Assembly (NCBI GenBank): GCA_003647095.1
Contig: QMME01000003.1
Location: 1 to 35,756, forward strand
Origin: Deltaproteobacteria bacterium
GTDB taxonomy: Bacteria; Myxococcota; B64-G9
Direction: 5' to 3'
DNA: 35,756 nt
Below are positions 1-13,202 of the stretch, one piece after another (positions within the stretch are counted from its first letter, which is position 1; every line of letters begins with the position of its first letter). The position numbers and the translations under genes were made by a program. The notes beneath the pieces were generated by a model. That model was not told the DNA's origin. It saw nothing but the letters and a program-made list of their open reading frames with translations, and ran no database searches.

Positions 1-570
1 GCCGTCGGCGTCGGCATCGGCGCTATCGTCGTGTCCCGGACAGGTGTCGCAGGCATCGGGCACGCCGTCCGCGTCAGCGTCAACATTGTCATCGCCGGCG
101 GCACAGATGTCGCAGGCATCGGGCACGCCGTCTGTGTCGGCGTCCTGGGTGTCGTCGTGTCCCGGGCAGGCGTCGCAGCCGTCGGGTACCCCGTCGGCGT
201 CGGCATCGAGCCCGTCGTCATGTCCCGGGCAAGCGTCACACCCATCGGGTACGCCGTCTGCATCGTCGTCGACGAAGTCGTCGGAGCCCGGGCAGATATC
301 GCAGGCATCGCCGGCACCGTCACCATCGGCGTCGGCCTGGTCGTTGTTGGCCACCGCGGGGCAGTTGTCCACGTCGCCGCAGACACCGTCCTGGTCGCTG
401 TCGTCGTCCGGGTCGTTGGGGCAGGTGTCGCAGTCGTCGGGAATGCCGTCGGCGTCGGCGTCGAGCCGGTCGTCGAAGCCCGGGCAGGCGTCGCAGAAAT
501 CAGGCACGGTGTCCGAGTCGGCGTCCACGGAATCGTCGCCTCCCGGACAGATGTCACAGGCATCGCCGAA
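1..570 (-). repeat. 63-nt (21-aa) tandem coding repeats DADADGVPDxCDxCPGxDDxx
   Basis: Motif ggg(c/t)ac(g/c)ccgtc recurs at about 58, 121, 184, 247 (period 63); two further units near 440 and 503. Confidence 0.85.
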
Positions 571-1644
571 AAGATCCCCATCGCTGTCTTCCTGGCCGGG
601 ATTGGCCACCAGCGGGCAGTTGTCGTCGCAGCCGCTGGTGGCGCCGCCGGTGCAGGGGGCGTCACCGGCGCTGCCGCTGGCGTCGCCGTCGTCGAGGATG
701 CCGTCGTTGTCATCGTCGTCGTCACAGGCGTCTCCCTGGCCGTCGCCGTCGTTGTCCTCCTGGCCGGGATTGTAGATGCCGTCGCAGTTGTCACAGGCGC
801 CGGCGAAGCTGTCCCCGTAGCCGTCGGCGTCGAAGTCCCACTGGTGGTTGTTTTCGATGGTGGGACAGTTGTCGCAGGCATCGCCGGCCGAGTCGGCGCT
901 GTTGCCGGCATCGATCTCGCCGGTGTTTTCCTGGCCGGGATTGTCGACGTTGGGGCAGTTGTCCTGGGCGCAGGTGAGCCCGTCGCCGTCCAGATCGACG
1001 GCGGCATTGCTGGCGCCCGGGGTGTCGGTGCCGGCGGCGGGATCGAACTCGCCGATGGCCCACAGGCCGTCACCGTCCGGGCAGCGCAGCACGTGGCCGG
1101 GTACGTAGGAGCCGTCCGGGCCGACGGTGCTGTAGGCGTAGTAGCAGTCACCTCCCTGCCCCAGAGGATCCTCCACCAGGCTGACGGCATCGAGAATCTC
1201 TGCCACCGGCAGGGAGTCGAGCACGCAATCGTCGTTGGTGTCGAGATCGTCGCCGTTGGCGCCCGTGAATCCCGTGGCCAGGACGTAGGTGACGTTGTCG
1301 GAGTTTTCGAAGTTCAGGTTGGCCACCACGTCGGGAGCGGCGATGGTCATGGTGTCCTCGCCCACCAGCAGAAAACCATCCGTGGGAATGCTGTAGCCGC
1401 TCAGGTCCACCACCGCCTCGATTACCCCGCTGCCGCCGGAGCCGTCACCGATGACGAACAGGGTCACCCCGTCGAGGCTTTGCCCGGGCGGGCCGCTGAG
1501 TTCGAAGTACTCGTCGGTGTCGGTGCTGGGCTGGTCGATGCGGATCTCGTTCAGGTACACCTGCCCCAGGGCCGCCGGTGCGCCCAGCAGCACGGCCAGG
1601 GCCGCCAGCAGGGTTGCCGGCAATGACGAAGTTCTCTTGGCCAT
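1..1644 (-). CDS. Secreted lamin-tail-domain / thrombospondin type-3 (Ca-binding) repeat protein, 3' end beyond window
   Basis: Manual translation from ATG 1644 (SD AAGGAG at ~1652-1657) stays open to base 1: signal peptide MAKRTSSLPATLLAALAVLLGAPAALG, LTD-type motifs VYLNEIRID...DEYFEL...DTPGASN, then DNCPxxxNPGQEDxDGDGxGDACD repeats. Missing from ORF track because no stop lies in the window. Confidence 0.9.
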   Translation of the reverse strand, partial: MAKRTSSLPATLLAALAVLLGAPAALGQVYLNEIRIDQPSTDTDEYFELSGPPGQSLDGVTLFVIGDGSGGSGVIEAVVDLSGYSIPTDGFLLVGEDTMTIAAPDVVANLNFENSDNVTYVLATGFTGANGDDLDTNDDCVLDSLPVAEILDAVSLVEDPLGQGGDCYYAYSTVGPDGSYVPGHVLRCPDGDGLWAIGEFDPAAGTDTPGASNAAVDLDGDGLTCAQDNCPNVDNPGQENTGEIDAGNSADSAGDACDNCPTIENNHQWDFDADGYGDSFAGACDNCDGIYNPGQEDNDGDGQGDACDDDDDNDGILDDGDASGSAGDAPCTGGATSGCDDNCPLVANPGQEDSDGDLFGDACDICPGGDDSVDADSDTVPDFCDACPGFDDRLDADADGIPDDCDTCPNDPDDDSDQDGVCGDVDNCPAVANNDQADADGDGAGDACDICPGSDDFVDDDADGVPDGCDACPGHDDGLDADADGVPDGCDACPGHDDTQDADTDGVPDACDICAAGDDNVDADADGVPDACDTCPGHDDSADADADG

Positions 1645-1822
1645 GTCGCATCTCCTTTGGAATACGAGGTTTTTTGCCAAACGCCGACACCCGGTCACGG
1701 CGTTCCGGGACCGGGACCGCGCCCTGACACTAGGTTGCCCGCCGCCTGCTGTCAACAGCCGACCAGAGGGTTATAAAATATTCTGATAGGTATTGCTTCT
1801 GTTTTTGATAGAAACTTACTAC

Positions 1823-1851
1823 TTGACCCGGCTTTTCGTTCATGCTTTACT
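1823..1851 (+). promoter_or_regulatory. Possible sigma70 promoter of atp operon
   Basis: TTGACC-17 nt-TTTACT with TG extended -10, preceded by an AT-rich tract (1771-1822); -10 match is weak. Confidence 0.35.
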
Positions 1852-1929
1852 GCGCGCCGCGTCGGGGTACAGGACGGTGAACATTATGCTTTCTTGTTGG
1901 CAGGAGATAACCAGGAAGGGTTGTCAGAG

Positions 1930-2469
1930 ATGAACAGGAAGGTTGCAAGGCGTTACGCCCAGGCGCTGTTCGAACTGGTGGAGAGCAACCACCGGCAGGT
2001 GGCCAGGCGGCTCGAGGACCTCGTCGAACTGCTCGGCCGGAGCCCGGAGCTGCGAGAGGTGTTGCAGAGCCCGGCTTTCCTGCAGGAGGAACGGCGCCGG
2101 GTGGTGGATAAGCTGCTCGAGCGGCTGGGCTGGTCGAAGCCGCTGGACCGGTTCCTGTGGGTGGTGGTGGAGAACCACCGGGTGGCCCTGCTGGGCGACA
2201 TCCTCCAGGTCTTCACCGCCATGGTGGACGAGATGGAGGGAAAGGTCCGCGCCCGGGTGGAAAGCGCCCGGGCCATCGCCGACGAGCAGAAAGATCGACT
2301 CACCGGGGCGCTGTCCCGCGCCCTGGGTCGCGAGGTGATCATCGAGCACGAGCTGCAGCCCCGGCTGCTGGCCGGCCTGCGGGTACGCGTGGGTGACCTG
2401 CTGGTGGACGGCAGCCTGCGCATGCAACTCGACAAGATGCGTGACCAGCTCACACAAACCCCAACCTGA
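1930..2469 (+). CDS. atpH: ATP synthase F1 subunit delta
   Basis: N-terminal VARRYAQALF, C-terminal LLAGLRVRVGDLLVDGSLRMQL; directly upstream of atpA. ATG 1930 preferred over TTG 1894. Confidence 0.95.
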   Translation: MNRKVARRYAQALFELVESNHRQVARRLEDLVELLGRSPELREVLQSPAFLQEERRRVVDKLLERLGWSKPLDRFLWVVVENHRVALLGDILQVFTAMVDEMEGKVRARVESARAIADEQKDRLTGALSRALGREVIIEHELQPRLLAGLRVRVGDLLVDGSLRMQLDKMRDQLTQTPT

Positions 2470-2502
2470 AAATAAGCGCTTATAACCAGCGAGGGTGACG
2501 AC

Positions 2503-4047
<1,545 letters not shown>

Positions 4048-4061
4048 GAAGAGACTGAACC

Positions 4062-6406
<2,345 letters not shown>

Positions 6407-6422
6407 GCGGGGAGAGCGAACC

Positions 6423-6836
6423 GTGGCCGATACTTTCCAGTTGCGCCTGCTCACACCCGAGCGCAGCCTCTTCGAGGGCCCGGTGGAAGCGGTCATCGTC
6501 CCCGGCGAGAATGGTCAGCTGGGGGTACTGGCCGGGCACACCAAGCTGGTGACCACCCTGGTACCGGGCGTGGTGCGCTATGTTGCTTCCGGCCAGACCC
6601 ACCAGGTGGCCGCCAGCGGTGGTTTTGCCGAGGTCTCACCCGGCGGGGTAACAATCCTGGCCGACACCGCCGAACCTCCCCAGGAGATAGACCGGCAACG
6701 GGCGGAGCGCTCCCGCCAGGAAGCGCTGCAGGCTCTGGCCAAGCGGGCCGAACTCGACGAGAAAGAGGTCTCACGCCTGGAAGCACGCCTGGCCCGGGCC
6801 CTCAATCGCCTCAAGGTAGCCGACTCGGCTCGCTGA
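6423..6836 (+). CDS. atpC: ATP synthase F1 subunit epsilon
   Basis: LLTPER...PGENGQLGVLAGH...SGGFAEV...ILADTAE, C-terminal helical hairpin; last gene of operon. Confidence 0.97.
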   Translation: MADTFQLRLLTPERSLFEGPVEAVIVPGENGQLGVLAGHTKLVTTLVPGVVRYVASGQTHQVAASGGFAEVSPGGVTILADTAEPPQEIDRQRAERSRQEALQALAKRAELDEKEVSRLEARLARALNRLKVADSAR

Positions 6837-6926
6837 AAGCGGTCGGTCAATCGGGCCTGGCAACCGTGGCAAGCTCCTGACGAGGTGGGGGTGTTGAACT
6901 GCGCCGAGAGGCCAGGTGGCAACCCT

Positions 6927-6935
6927 TGCTATAAT
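6927..6935 (+). promoter_or_regulatory. Extended -10 promoter for the sensor-kinase operon
   Basis: Perfect TGnTATAAT (TGCTATAAT) in an AT-rich intergenic patch about 75 nt upstream of ATG 7009. Confidence 0.6.
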
Positions 6936-7008
6936 TGATCTTGTTTCTTATGTGGTGTATCAATAACAATCGTTTATCGGTCTGAGCCCGGCCGAGCGAG
7001 GCGTACAG

Positions 7009-8532
7009 ATGCCGGAAGACACAGGCTTGCAAGGTGATGGTCGGCCGGATGATTCCACCAGCATCGGCAAGCTGGACAAGATCCAGCAGGCCCTGGAAAA
7101 CAGGCCTCGGGTGAGCATTCGTGCGCGCATCGCCGCGGTGTTTGCCATCCTGTTCGTGCTCATGTGTACCGTCACCGTCTCGGCGGTGCTGCTGTTGCAG
7201 CAGGTGCGGCAGAAGCAGGTGTTTTTCGAGAAGGTCAGCCACTTCGTCTTCGAGTTACAGCAGGCCCGGCGCTTCGAGAAGAACTTCTTTCTGTATGGAA
7301 CCAACCTGCAGGAAGCCATTACCAATGTCCACGTTGCCCGAGCCTACCTGCGCAAGAACCAGTCCGAGATAGAAGCGGTCATCGGCGGGCAGGGCCTGCA
7401 GTCCATGTTGTCGGGTATCGCCAGCTACCAGAAGGCACTGGAGCAACTACTCGACAATCCGGCGCCGAGCCGGGATCGCAAGCGTATCGAGTCCGCCTTG
7501 CGCAAGTACGGTGCGTTGTTGATAAGCGATGCCGAGGATACCCTGGAGCGTGAGCGCCAGGCCATTCACTCCATGCTGCAGACTTCCATAATCGTGGCTC
7601 TGGGCTTTCTGGGATTCATGGTGGTGATGCTGGTTTTTTTCGCCGGCTTCATTACCCAGGCGGTGCTCAGGCCGCTGGGTCGCTTCATGCGTTATGCCGA
7701 TCGTATCGGCTCCGGCGATCTTTCGCCCATCACCCCGGCCCGCAAGTACCGCGACGAATTCAGCAGCCTGGCAATAGCTTTCAACCGGATGCTGCGCGAG
7801 TTGCTGCACCGGCACGAGCAACTGATCCAGTCGGAGAAAATGGCGGTGGTGGGCAACCTCACCTCTGGGATTGCCCACGAGTTGAACAATCCCCTGAACA
7901 ACATCGGCCTGTCGGTGGAGGCCTTGCTGGATGGCTTCGAGGAAATGGAGGCGGGGCAGATCCGTCATATTCTCGAGCAGGTATCCACCCAGGTGGATCG
8001 GGCCAGCGGCACGGTGCGTAACCTGCTTGATTTCACCCGCAAGGAACATCGTGTCTTTACCCGCCTGGACATCAACCAGGCGCTGCAGGAGACACTGAAG
8101 CTGGTAGAAAACGAGCGCCGTTTGGCGGGCGTGGAGTTGTCGTTGCAGCTGGGTGAAGATATTCCGGCCGTGCGGGGAAACCCCCGGGGCATGGAGCAGG
8201 TCTTCCTGAACCTGTTGCTCAACGCCATTCAGGCTCTTGGTGACGGCGGCCGGATAGAAGCCAGCAGCCGCTGCGAAGGCGGGCGGGTGATTGTCGAGAT
8301 AGCCGATGATGGGCCGGGAATAGCGGCGGAACACCTGGACCACATTTTCGAGCCCTTCTTCACCACCAAGGATCCCGGGCGGGGAACCGGCCTGGGGCTG
8401 TCGGTCAGCCAGGGCATCGTCCAGGAGCATGGCGGCACCATTTCCGTGACCAGTCAGCCGGGGCAGGGTACTCGATTCACCATCAGCCTGCCCATTGCAG
8501 AAGCTCTCCCGGGCAAGGAGGAAGGCATATGA
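7009..8532 (+). CDS. Membrane sensor histidine kinase (extracytoplasmic helical sensor, HAMP, HisKA, HATPase)
   Basis: Two TM segments flanking a helical domain ([15 protein letters not shown]), HAMP ([14 protein letters not shown]), H-box [10 protein letters not shown] (His290), N-box [27 protein letters not shown]. Confidence 0.95.
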   Translation: MPEDTGLQGDGRPDDSTSIGKLDKIQQALENRPRVSIRARIAAVFAILFVLMCTVTVSAVLLLQQVRQKQVFFEKVSHFVFELQQARRFEKNFFLYGTNLQEAITNVHVARAYLRKNQSEIEAVIGGQGLQSMLSGIASYQKALEQLLDNPAPSRDRKRIESALRKYGALLISDAEDTLERERQAIHSMLQTSIIVALGFLGFMVVMLVFFAGFITQAVLRPLGRFMRYADRIGSGDLSPITPARKYRDEFSSLAIAFNRMLRELLHRHEQLIQSEKMAVVGNLTSGIAHELNNPLNNIGLSVEALLDGFEEMEAGQIRHILEQVSTQVDRASGTVRNLLDFTRKEHRVFTRLDINQALQETLKLVENERRLAGVELSLQLGEDIPAVRGNPRGMEQVFLNLLLNAIQALGDGGRIEASSRCEGGRVIVEIADDGPGIAAEHLDHIFEPFFTTKDPGRGTGLGLSVSQGIVQEHGGTISVTSQPGQGTRFTISLPIAEALPGKEEGI

Positions 8533-9458
8533 GTTTTTCGGTGTACTTGCCGGTCGCCGGCTGTGCCCTCAACATCTTCCTGTTGCTGGGGCTGGGCGGA
8601 CTGGTAGGGTTCCTGTCGGGACTGTTCGGGGTGGGCGGAGGGTTCTTGCTTACCCCGCTGCTGATCATGATCGGTGTGCCTCCCACCGTGGCGGCCGCCT
8701 CTGATTCCAACCAGATCGTGGCGGCCTCGGCGTCGGGCACCTATGCTCATGCCCGGGCCGGTTCGGTGGATTTCAAGATGGGCCTGCTGTTGCTGCTGGG
8801 CGGCATCGCCGGCGGTTCGGTAGGAGTGGTCTTCATCAAGATGCTGCGGGCCCTGGGAGCTGCTGATTTCGCCATCAAGATCACCTACATCATCATGCTG
8901 GGCGGCGTGGGCAGTTACATGTTCTTCGAGAGTCTTGGCAACCTGCGCGGTACCCGGGCGGTGGCGGCCGGTGGGGACAAATCCCGCCCCTCGGTCTATG
9001 CGCGTCTGGTGGAGGCGCTACCCTGGAAGATCCACTTCCAGCGCTCCCGGGTGACGCTATCGGTACTCATGCCGCTGCTGCTGGGGGTGCTGGTGGGCAT
9101 CCTGGCCGCCATCATGGGCGTCGGTGGGGGCTTCATCATGGTGCCGGTCATGGTTTACCTGCTGCGCATGCCCATGCACGTGGTGGTGGGAACCAGCCTG
9201 TTCCAGATACTGTTCACCTGTATCAACGTGACCGTTCTGCAGGCGGCGGTGAATCACACCGTGGATCTGGTGCTGGCGTTGCTGCTGCTGGCCGGTTCGG
9301 TCATCGGTGCACAGCTGGGTGCCAAGGTGAGCCGGCGCCTGAAGGCCGACCAGCTCAAGATTCTCATGGCCATCATTGTACTGGTGGTGATGGTCAAGAT
9401 GCTGGTGGGACTGCTCCTGGCCCCGGACATAATGCTGGCCTACAAGGGAGGGCACTGA
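8529..9458 (+). CDS. TauE/SafE (TSUP) family membrane transporter
   Basis: Duplicated signature GLFGVGGGFLLTP and AIMGVGGGFIMVP, VVGTSLFQI; about 8 TM; ATGA overlap with kinase stop. Confidence 0.92.
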   Translation: MSFSVYLPVAGCALNIFLLLGLGGLVGFLSGLFGVGGGFLLTPLLIMIGVPPTVAAASDSNQIVAASASGTYAHARAGSVDFKMGLLLLLGGIAGGSVGVVFIKMLRALGAADFAIKITYIIMLGGVGSYMFFESLGNLRGTRAVAAGGDKSRPSVYARLVEALPWKIHFQRSRVTLSVLMPLLLGVLVGILAAIMGVGGGFIMVPVMVYLLRMPMHVVVGTSLFQILFTCINVTVLQAAVNHTVDLVLALLLLAGSVIGAQLGAKVSRRLKADQLKILMAIIVLVVMVKMLVGLLLAPDIMLAYKGGH

Positions 9459-9459
9459 C

Positions 9460-10215
9460 ATGGTGGCCCGGTTCGTGACAGTGTTGCTGTTGCTGGCGGC
9501 ACCGGCTCTGGCGGGCACGGGGTTGACCCTGCAGCCGGAGCGGGTTTCCGCCGGCATGTTCTTCGCCGGTGCCGACGTGGTAGTGCAAGCCCGGGTTCCC
9601 CGCGCCGAGCAGCTGGTGTTCGAGATCAGAGGCCAGCAGAAGACCTATCAGCTCAAGCGCAAGGGCAAGGCGTTGGGCTTGCTGTGGATGAACGTCGGCG
9701 ACCTGGAGATCAAGCATGCTCCGGAGCTTTACCTGCTGGCCTCCTCGGTCGATTGCCAACAGCTGGCTTCTCGGGAAGAGCTGGCCGGTCAGGGAGTAGG
9801 TCTCCCGGCCCTGCGGAGACAGCTGAGCAGCGACGGGCGCCCCCTGACTGCCGAGCTGTTCGAGGACTTCCTGAAGCTCAAGCAGTCAGAGGGCTTGTAC
9901 GAGTTCAGGTCCGGTGTGGTCGAGGTAGATGGAGATGACGCTGGTGACGTGGTCACTACCCGGGTAGTATTCCACCTGCCGGCCAAGGTTCCGCTGGGGA
10001 ACCATCGGGTTAGGGTGCTGGCTTTCAACCAGGGCCGGGGACGGGTACTGTACGAGAAGCCGCTGACCATCGAACAGGTGGGAGCGGCACGCTGGATAAC
10101 GGTGGTTGCCCACAACCATGGACTGCTTTACGGCATCGGGGCGGTGATCATCGCCCTGGTGGTGGGTTTGCTGACCGGCTTTCTTTTCGGCCTGGGTTCC
10201 AAGGGGGCCCACTAG
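9460..10215 (+). CDS. TIGR02186-like exported protein with C-terminal membrane anchor
   Basis: Signal peptide, LKRKGKALGLLWMN and APELYLLAS motifs, C-terminal TM (GLLYGIGAVIIALVVGLL); this family characteristically follows TauE genes. Confidence 0.78.
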   Translation: MVARFVTVLLLLAAPALAGTGLTLQPERVSAGMFFAGADVVVQARVPRAEQLVFEIRGQQKTYQLKRKGKALGLLWMNVGDLEIKHAPELYLLASSVDCQQLASREELAGQGVGLPALRRQLSSDGRPLTAELFEDFLKLKQSEGLYEFRSGVVEVDGDDAGDVVTTRVVFHLPAKVPLGNHRVRVLAFNQGRGRVLYEKPLTIEQVGAARWITVVAHNHGLLYGIGAVIIALVVGLLTGFLFGLGSKGAH

Positions 10216-10227
10216 ATCGGAAGGACC

Positions 10228-12786
10228 TTGTCTCTCTGGAAAAAGTTGTTTTCGCACCCGCCGGCTAGCGAAACCAGCGAGGGCGTGCGTTTGCAGCTGG
10301 AGCGATTCCAGCAAATCGTCCAGCACAACAACAGCATACTTGCCCGCATCGCCGACGCCGGCGAGCAGCTCAGCGGTGAGTACATTTTCGACACCCAGTA
10401 CCTGCGCGACCTGGCCGAGAAGCTGGCCCAGGATGTACGGGCCGTGGTGCAGGCCCTGAACGAGCTCACCGGCGGTCGCTACCAGGAACTGGTAGAGATA
10501 GTATCGGACCTGGATTACCGCTTGCGGGCCATGCTGGAGGGACGTACCGTGACTCCGGCCGCAGCGGTGATCCTGCGGCTGGAAGAAATCGGAACCGAGC
10601 TGGCCGGGGTGGCCGGTGAGAAGATGGCGCGCCTGGGAGAACTGTCCCGCGTACTGGGAATACCGGTGCCGGCGGGAGTGGTGGTTTCGGCCGATGCCTG
10701 CCGGCGCTTCCTGGATGAACTGGGTATCACCACCATCGTCACGGCCAATCGGGAATTGCCCGGCGAGCAACTCCAGCAGTTGGCGGGCGAGTTGCAACAA
10801 CGCATCCTCGACGCCCGCGTTCCGCGTTGGCTGAGCAGGAACCTGCGCCGGGCGGCCCGGAAATTGCTACGGCAAAGCGGGGCTCACAGCCTGGCCGTGC
10901 GTAGCAGCGCCGTGGGCGAAGACGGAGAGGTTTCCTTCGCCGGCCAGTATCACACCGAGCTGGGAGTGTCGCCGGGCCGGATAGAGGACGCCTATCGCCG
11001 GGTGGTGGCCAGCCTGTTTTCCTCCCGGGTAGTGGAATACCGGCAAAGGCATGGCCTGGATCCCCTGGAGGGTTTGATGGCGGTGGGCATCCTGGCCATG
11101 GTGCCGGCGCGTGCTTCCGGTGTCGTCTATACCCTCGATCCCAATTCACCGGCCAGCGATGCCTTGCTGATCGGCGCCGGTTGGGGACTGGGCTGCTCGG
11201 TGGTGGATGGCAGCCAATCGGCGGATCGTTTCCTGGTGTCACGACGTCCTCCCCACGAGATAGTCGGCAGTTCGCTGGCCAGCAAGGAGTTCCAGGTGGT
11301 GACCACGCCGTTGCCGGGTACGCAGCGGCAAGCGGTAGCCCCGGAGCGGCACCAGGTGCCGGCCCTCACTCCCGAGCAACTGGCCGAGCTGGCCGGGCTG
11401 GCCCTGCGCGTGGAGCGCTACGGGCGCTGCGCCCAGGACATCGAGTGGGCCCTGGACGAGCAGGGGCGGCTGCTGCTGCTGCAGGCCCGGCCCCTGCGTG
11501 TTTCTCCGTCCTCTGCCGCCTCGACGGTAACCGTAGACAACGAGCGCTACCCGGTGTTGTTGCAGGGAAGAGGCGAGGTGGCCTGTCGCGGGGTGGGGTG
11601 CGGGCCGGTGTGGATACCGGGAGAACAGGCGTCGTTGAATGATGTCCCGGAACAGGCGGTGGTGGTGAGCCCCACGGCCACCCCGCGCCTGGCTGCCTGG
11701 CTGCCGCGGGCTGCGGCGGTGGTCACCGATGTTGGTAGTGCCACCGGCCACCTGGCGGCGGTGGCCCGGGAGTTTCGTATTCCCACCATTGTCGACACTC
11801 ATGTGGCCAGCCGGGTGCTGGTGCCGGGCGAGATGGTTACGGTTGATGCCGACGAGAACATCGTCTACCGCGGCGAGGTGGAGGAACTGATCAAGGAACA
11901 CCTGCTGCAGGAATCTTCCTTCGAGGAGAAGCGCGAGTTCCGCTTGCTCAGGCGCATGTTGCACCAAGTGGCTCCGCTGAACCTGGACGATCCCTCTTCC
12001 CGGAAGTTTTCTGCCGGCAACTGTCGCACCTACCACGATGTCATTCGCTTTGCCCACGAGATGGCCGTACGCGAGCTGGTAAGGGGAAGGTGGCTGCACG
12101 CGGCGCGGGCCGGGCAATCGGTATACCGGTTGGCGGTCGATATTCCCATCGATCTGCTGATCATAGACCTGGGAGGCGGTGTCGAAGTCCCGCCGGGCAG
12201 GAGCGAGGTGAGCCTGGAGGAGGTAACCAGCGCGCCATTGCTGTTTTTACTGCGGGGGCTGGTCGGCAAGGGGGTATGGGCCACCGAACCGGCGGACATG
12301 GACCTGGGGGGATTCATGTCCAGTGCCACGCGCACTTCCAGCCTGGCCACGCCTCTGACGGTTCAGCCCGAACAGAACGTGGCCATAGTCTCCACCCACT
12401 ATCTCAGCCTCAACCTCAAGCTGGGCTATCACTACAACCTGGTCAACTGTCGCCTGGCGGATGACGCCGGCGAGAATTTCGTGTATTTTAGGTTCGCCGG
12501 GGGAGTGACCGAGTTGGCCAGGCGTTCACGCCGGGCCATGTTTCTGCGTCGCGTTCTCGAGCGTTACGATTTTGTGGTAGAAAGCAAGGGAGATCTGGTG
12601 ATTGCCAGGCTGAAGATGGTCGATGGCGAGCGGCTACGAGGCAGTTTGGAGATGATTGGTCGCCTGGTGGGTTTCACCAGGCAGCTCGATATATACTTGC
12701 GCAGCGACGAATTGGTTGAGGCCTACGTGGAGAAGTTCCTCTCCGCTGCCGGTGGCACCCACGCGGCGGCGGGCACGGATGGCTGA
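10228..12786 (+). CDS. PEP-synthase/pyruvate,water dikinase-like phosphotransferase with non-canonical N- and C-terminal domains
   Basis: ATP-grasp motifs AVRSSAVGEDG.SFAGQY, QDIEWA, LLQARP; swivel domain GSATGHLAAVAREFRIP (His508); no recognisable PEP/pyruvate TIM-barrel motifs in the last ~290 aa. Confidence 0.85.
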   Translation: MSLWKKLFSHPPASETSEGVRLQLERFQQIVQHNNSILARIADAGEQLSGEYIFDTQYLRDLAEKLAQDVRAVVQALNELTGGRYQELVEIVSDLDYRLRAMLEGRTVTPAAAVILRLEEIGTELAGVAGEKMARLGELSRVLGIPVPAGVVVSADACRRFLDELGITTIVTANRELPGEQLQQLAGELQQRILDARVPRWLSRNLRRAARKLLRQSGAHSLAVRSSAVGEDGEVSFAGQYHTELGVSPGRIEDAYRRVVASLFSSRVVEYRQRHGLDPLEGLMAVGILAMVPARASGVVYTLDPNSPASDALLIGAGWGLGCSVVDGSQSADRFLVSRRPPHEIVGSSLASKEFQVVTTPLPGTQRQAVAPERHQVPALTPEQLAELAGLALRVERYGRCAQDIEWALDEQGRLLLLQARPLRVSPSSAASTVTVDNERYPVLLQGRGEVACRGVGCGPVWIPGEQASLNDVPEQAVVVSPTATPRLAAWLPRAAAVVTDVGSATGHLAAVAREFRIPTIVDTHVASRVLVPGEMVTVDADENIVYRGEVEELIKEHLLQESSFEEKREFRLLRRMLHQVAPLNLDDPSSRKFSAGNCRTYHDVIRFAHEMAVRELVRGRWLHAARAGQSVYRLAVDIPIDLLIIDLGGGVEVPPGRSEVSLEEVTSAPLLFLLRGLVGKGVWATEPADMDLGGFMSSATRTSSLATPLTVQPEQNVAIVSTHYLSLNLKLGYHYNLVNCRLADDAGENFVYFRFAGGVTELARRSRRAMFLRRVLERYDFVVESKGDLVIARLKMVDGERLRGSLEMIGRLVGFTRQLDIYLRSDELVEAYVEKFLSAAGGTHAAAGTDG

Positions 12787-12803
12787 AGCCCAGGGAGGTG
12801 CCA

Positions 12804-13202
12804 ATGGCCGACAAGGGAAAGGTGCTGGTGCTGGACGATGAAGAGATCGTCTGTGAAAGGGTGGCTGACAACCTTACCCGCAAGGGTCTCAGCGTGGAGA
12901 CCTTTACCGACAGCCAGCAAGCCATCGACAGGTTGGCCGGCCAGCAGTTCGACGTGGTGGTTACCGATCTGAAGATGAAGGGGCCCAGCGGCCTGGACGT
13001 GGTGCACTTCGTGCGCCAGAACCAGAGCGCCTGTGAAATGATCATCATCACCGGCTATGCTTCCATGGATGCGGCGCGCGAGGCCGAGTATTCCGGGGTG
13101 TACCAGTTCGTCACCAAGCCGTTTCGCATGGAAGATCTCTCCAAGCTGGTACTCAAGGCCGCACGCCGGGCTCGTTCCCGCAAGGGCAAGGTGGCACCGT
13201 GA
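12804..13202 (+). CDS. Stand-alone response regulator receiver
   Basis: VLVLDDE, VVTDLKM (phospho-Asp), IIITG, TKPF; no output domain; SD GGAGG before ATG 12804. Confidence 0.93.
   Translation: MADKGKVLVLDDEEIVCERVADNLTRKGLSVETFTDSQQAIDRLAGQQFDVVVTDLKMKGPSGLDVVHFVRQNQSACEMIIITGYASMDAAREAEYSGVYQFVTKPFRMEDLSKLVLKAARRARSRKGKVAP

Noticed and set aside
1-310. 63-nt periodic repeats as a CRISPR array
   Set aside because: In-frame degenerate coding repeats with no constant repeat/unique spacer pattern and no cas genes; the same applies to 31151-31703.
31-1626. 531-aa + strand V/A/G-rich ORF
   Set aside because: Antisense shadow of the TSP3-repeat gene; GTC runs are complements of GAC (Asp) codons.
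1690-1715. Hairpin CCGGTCaCGG-cgtt-CCGgGACCGG upstream of the TSP3 gene as a c-di-GMP riboswitch
   Set aside because: No GNRA/receptor pair or second stem matching the riboswitch consensus on either strand.
6917-6930. TGGCAACCCTTGCT as a sigma54 promoter
   Set aside because: GG-to-GC spacing is 8 nt rather than the required 10.
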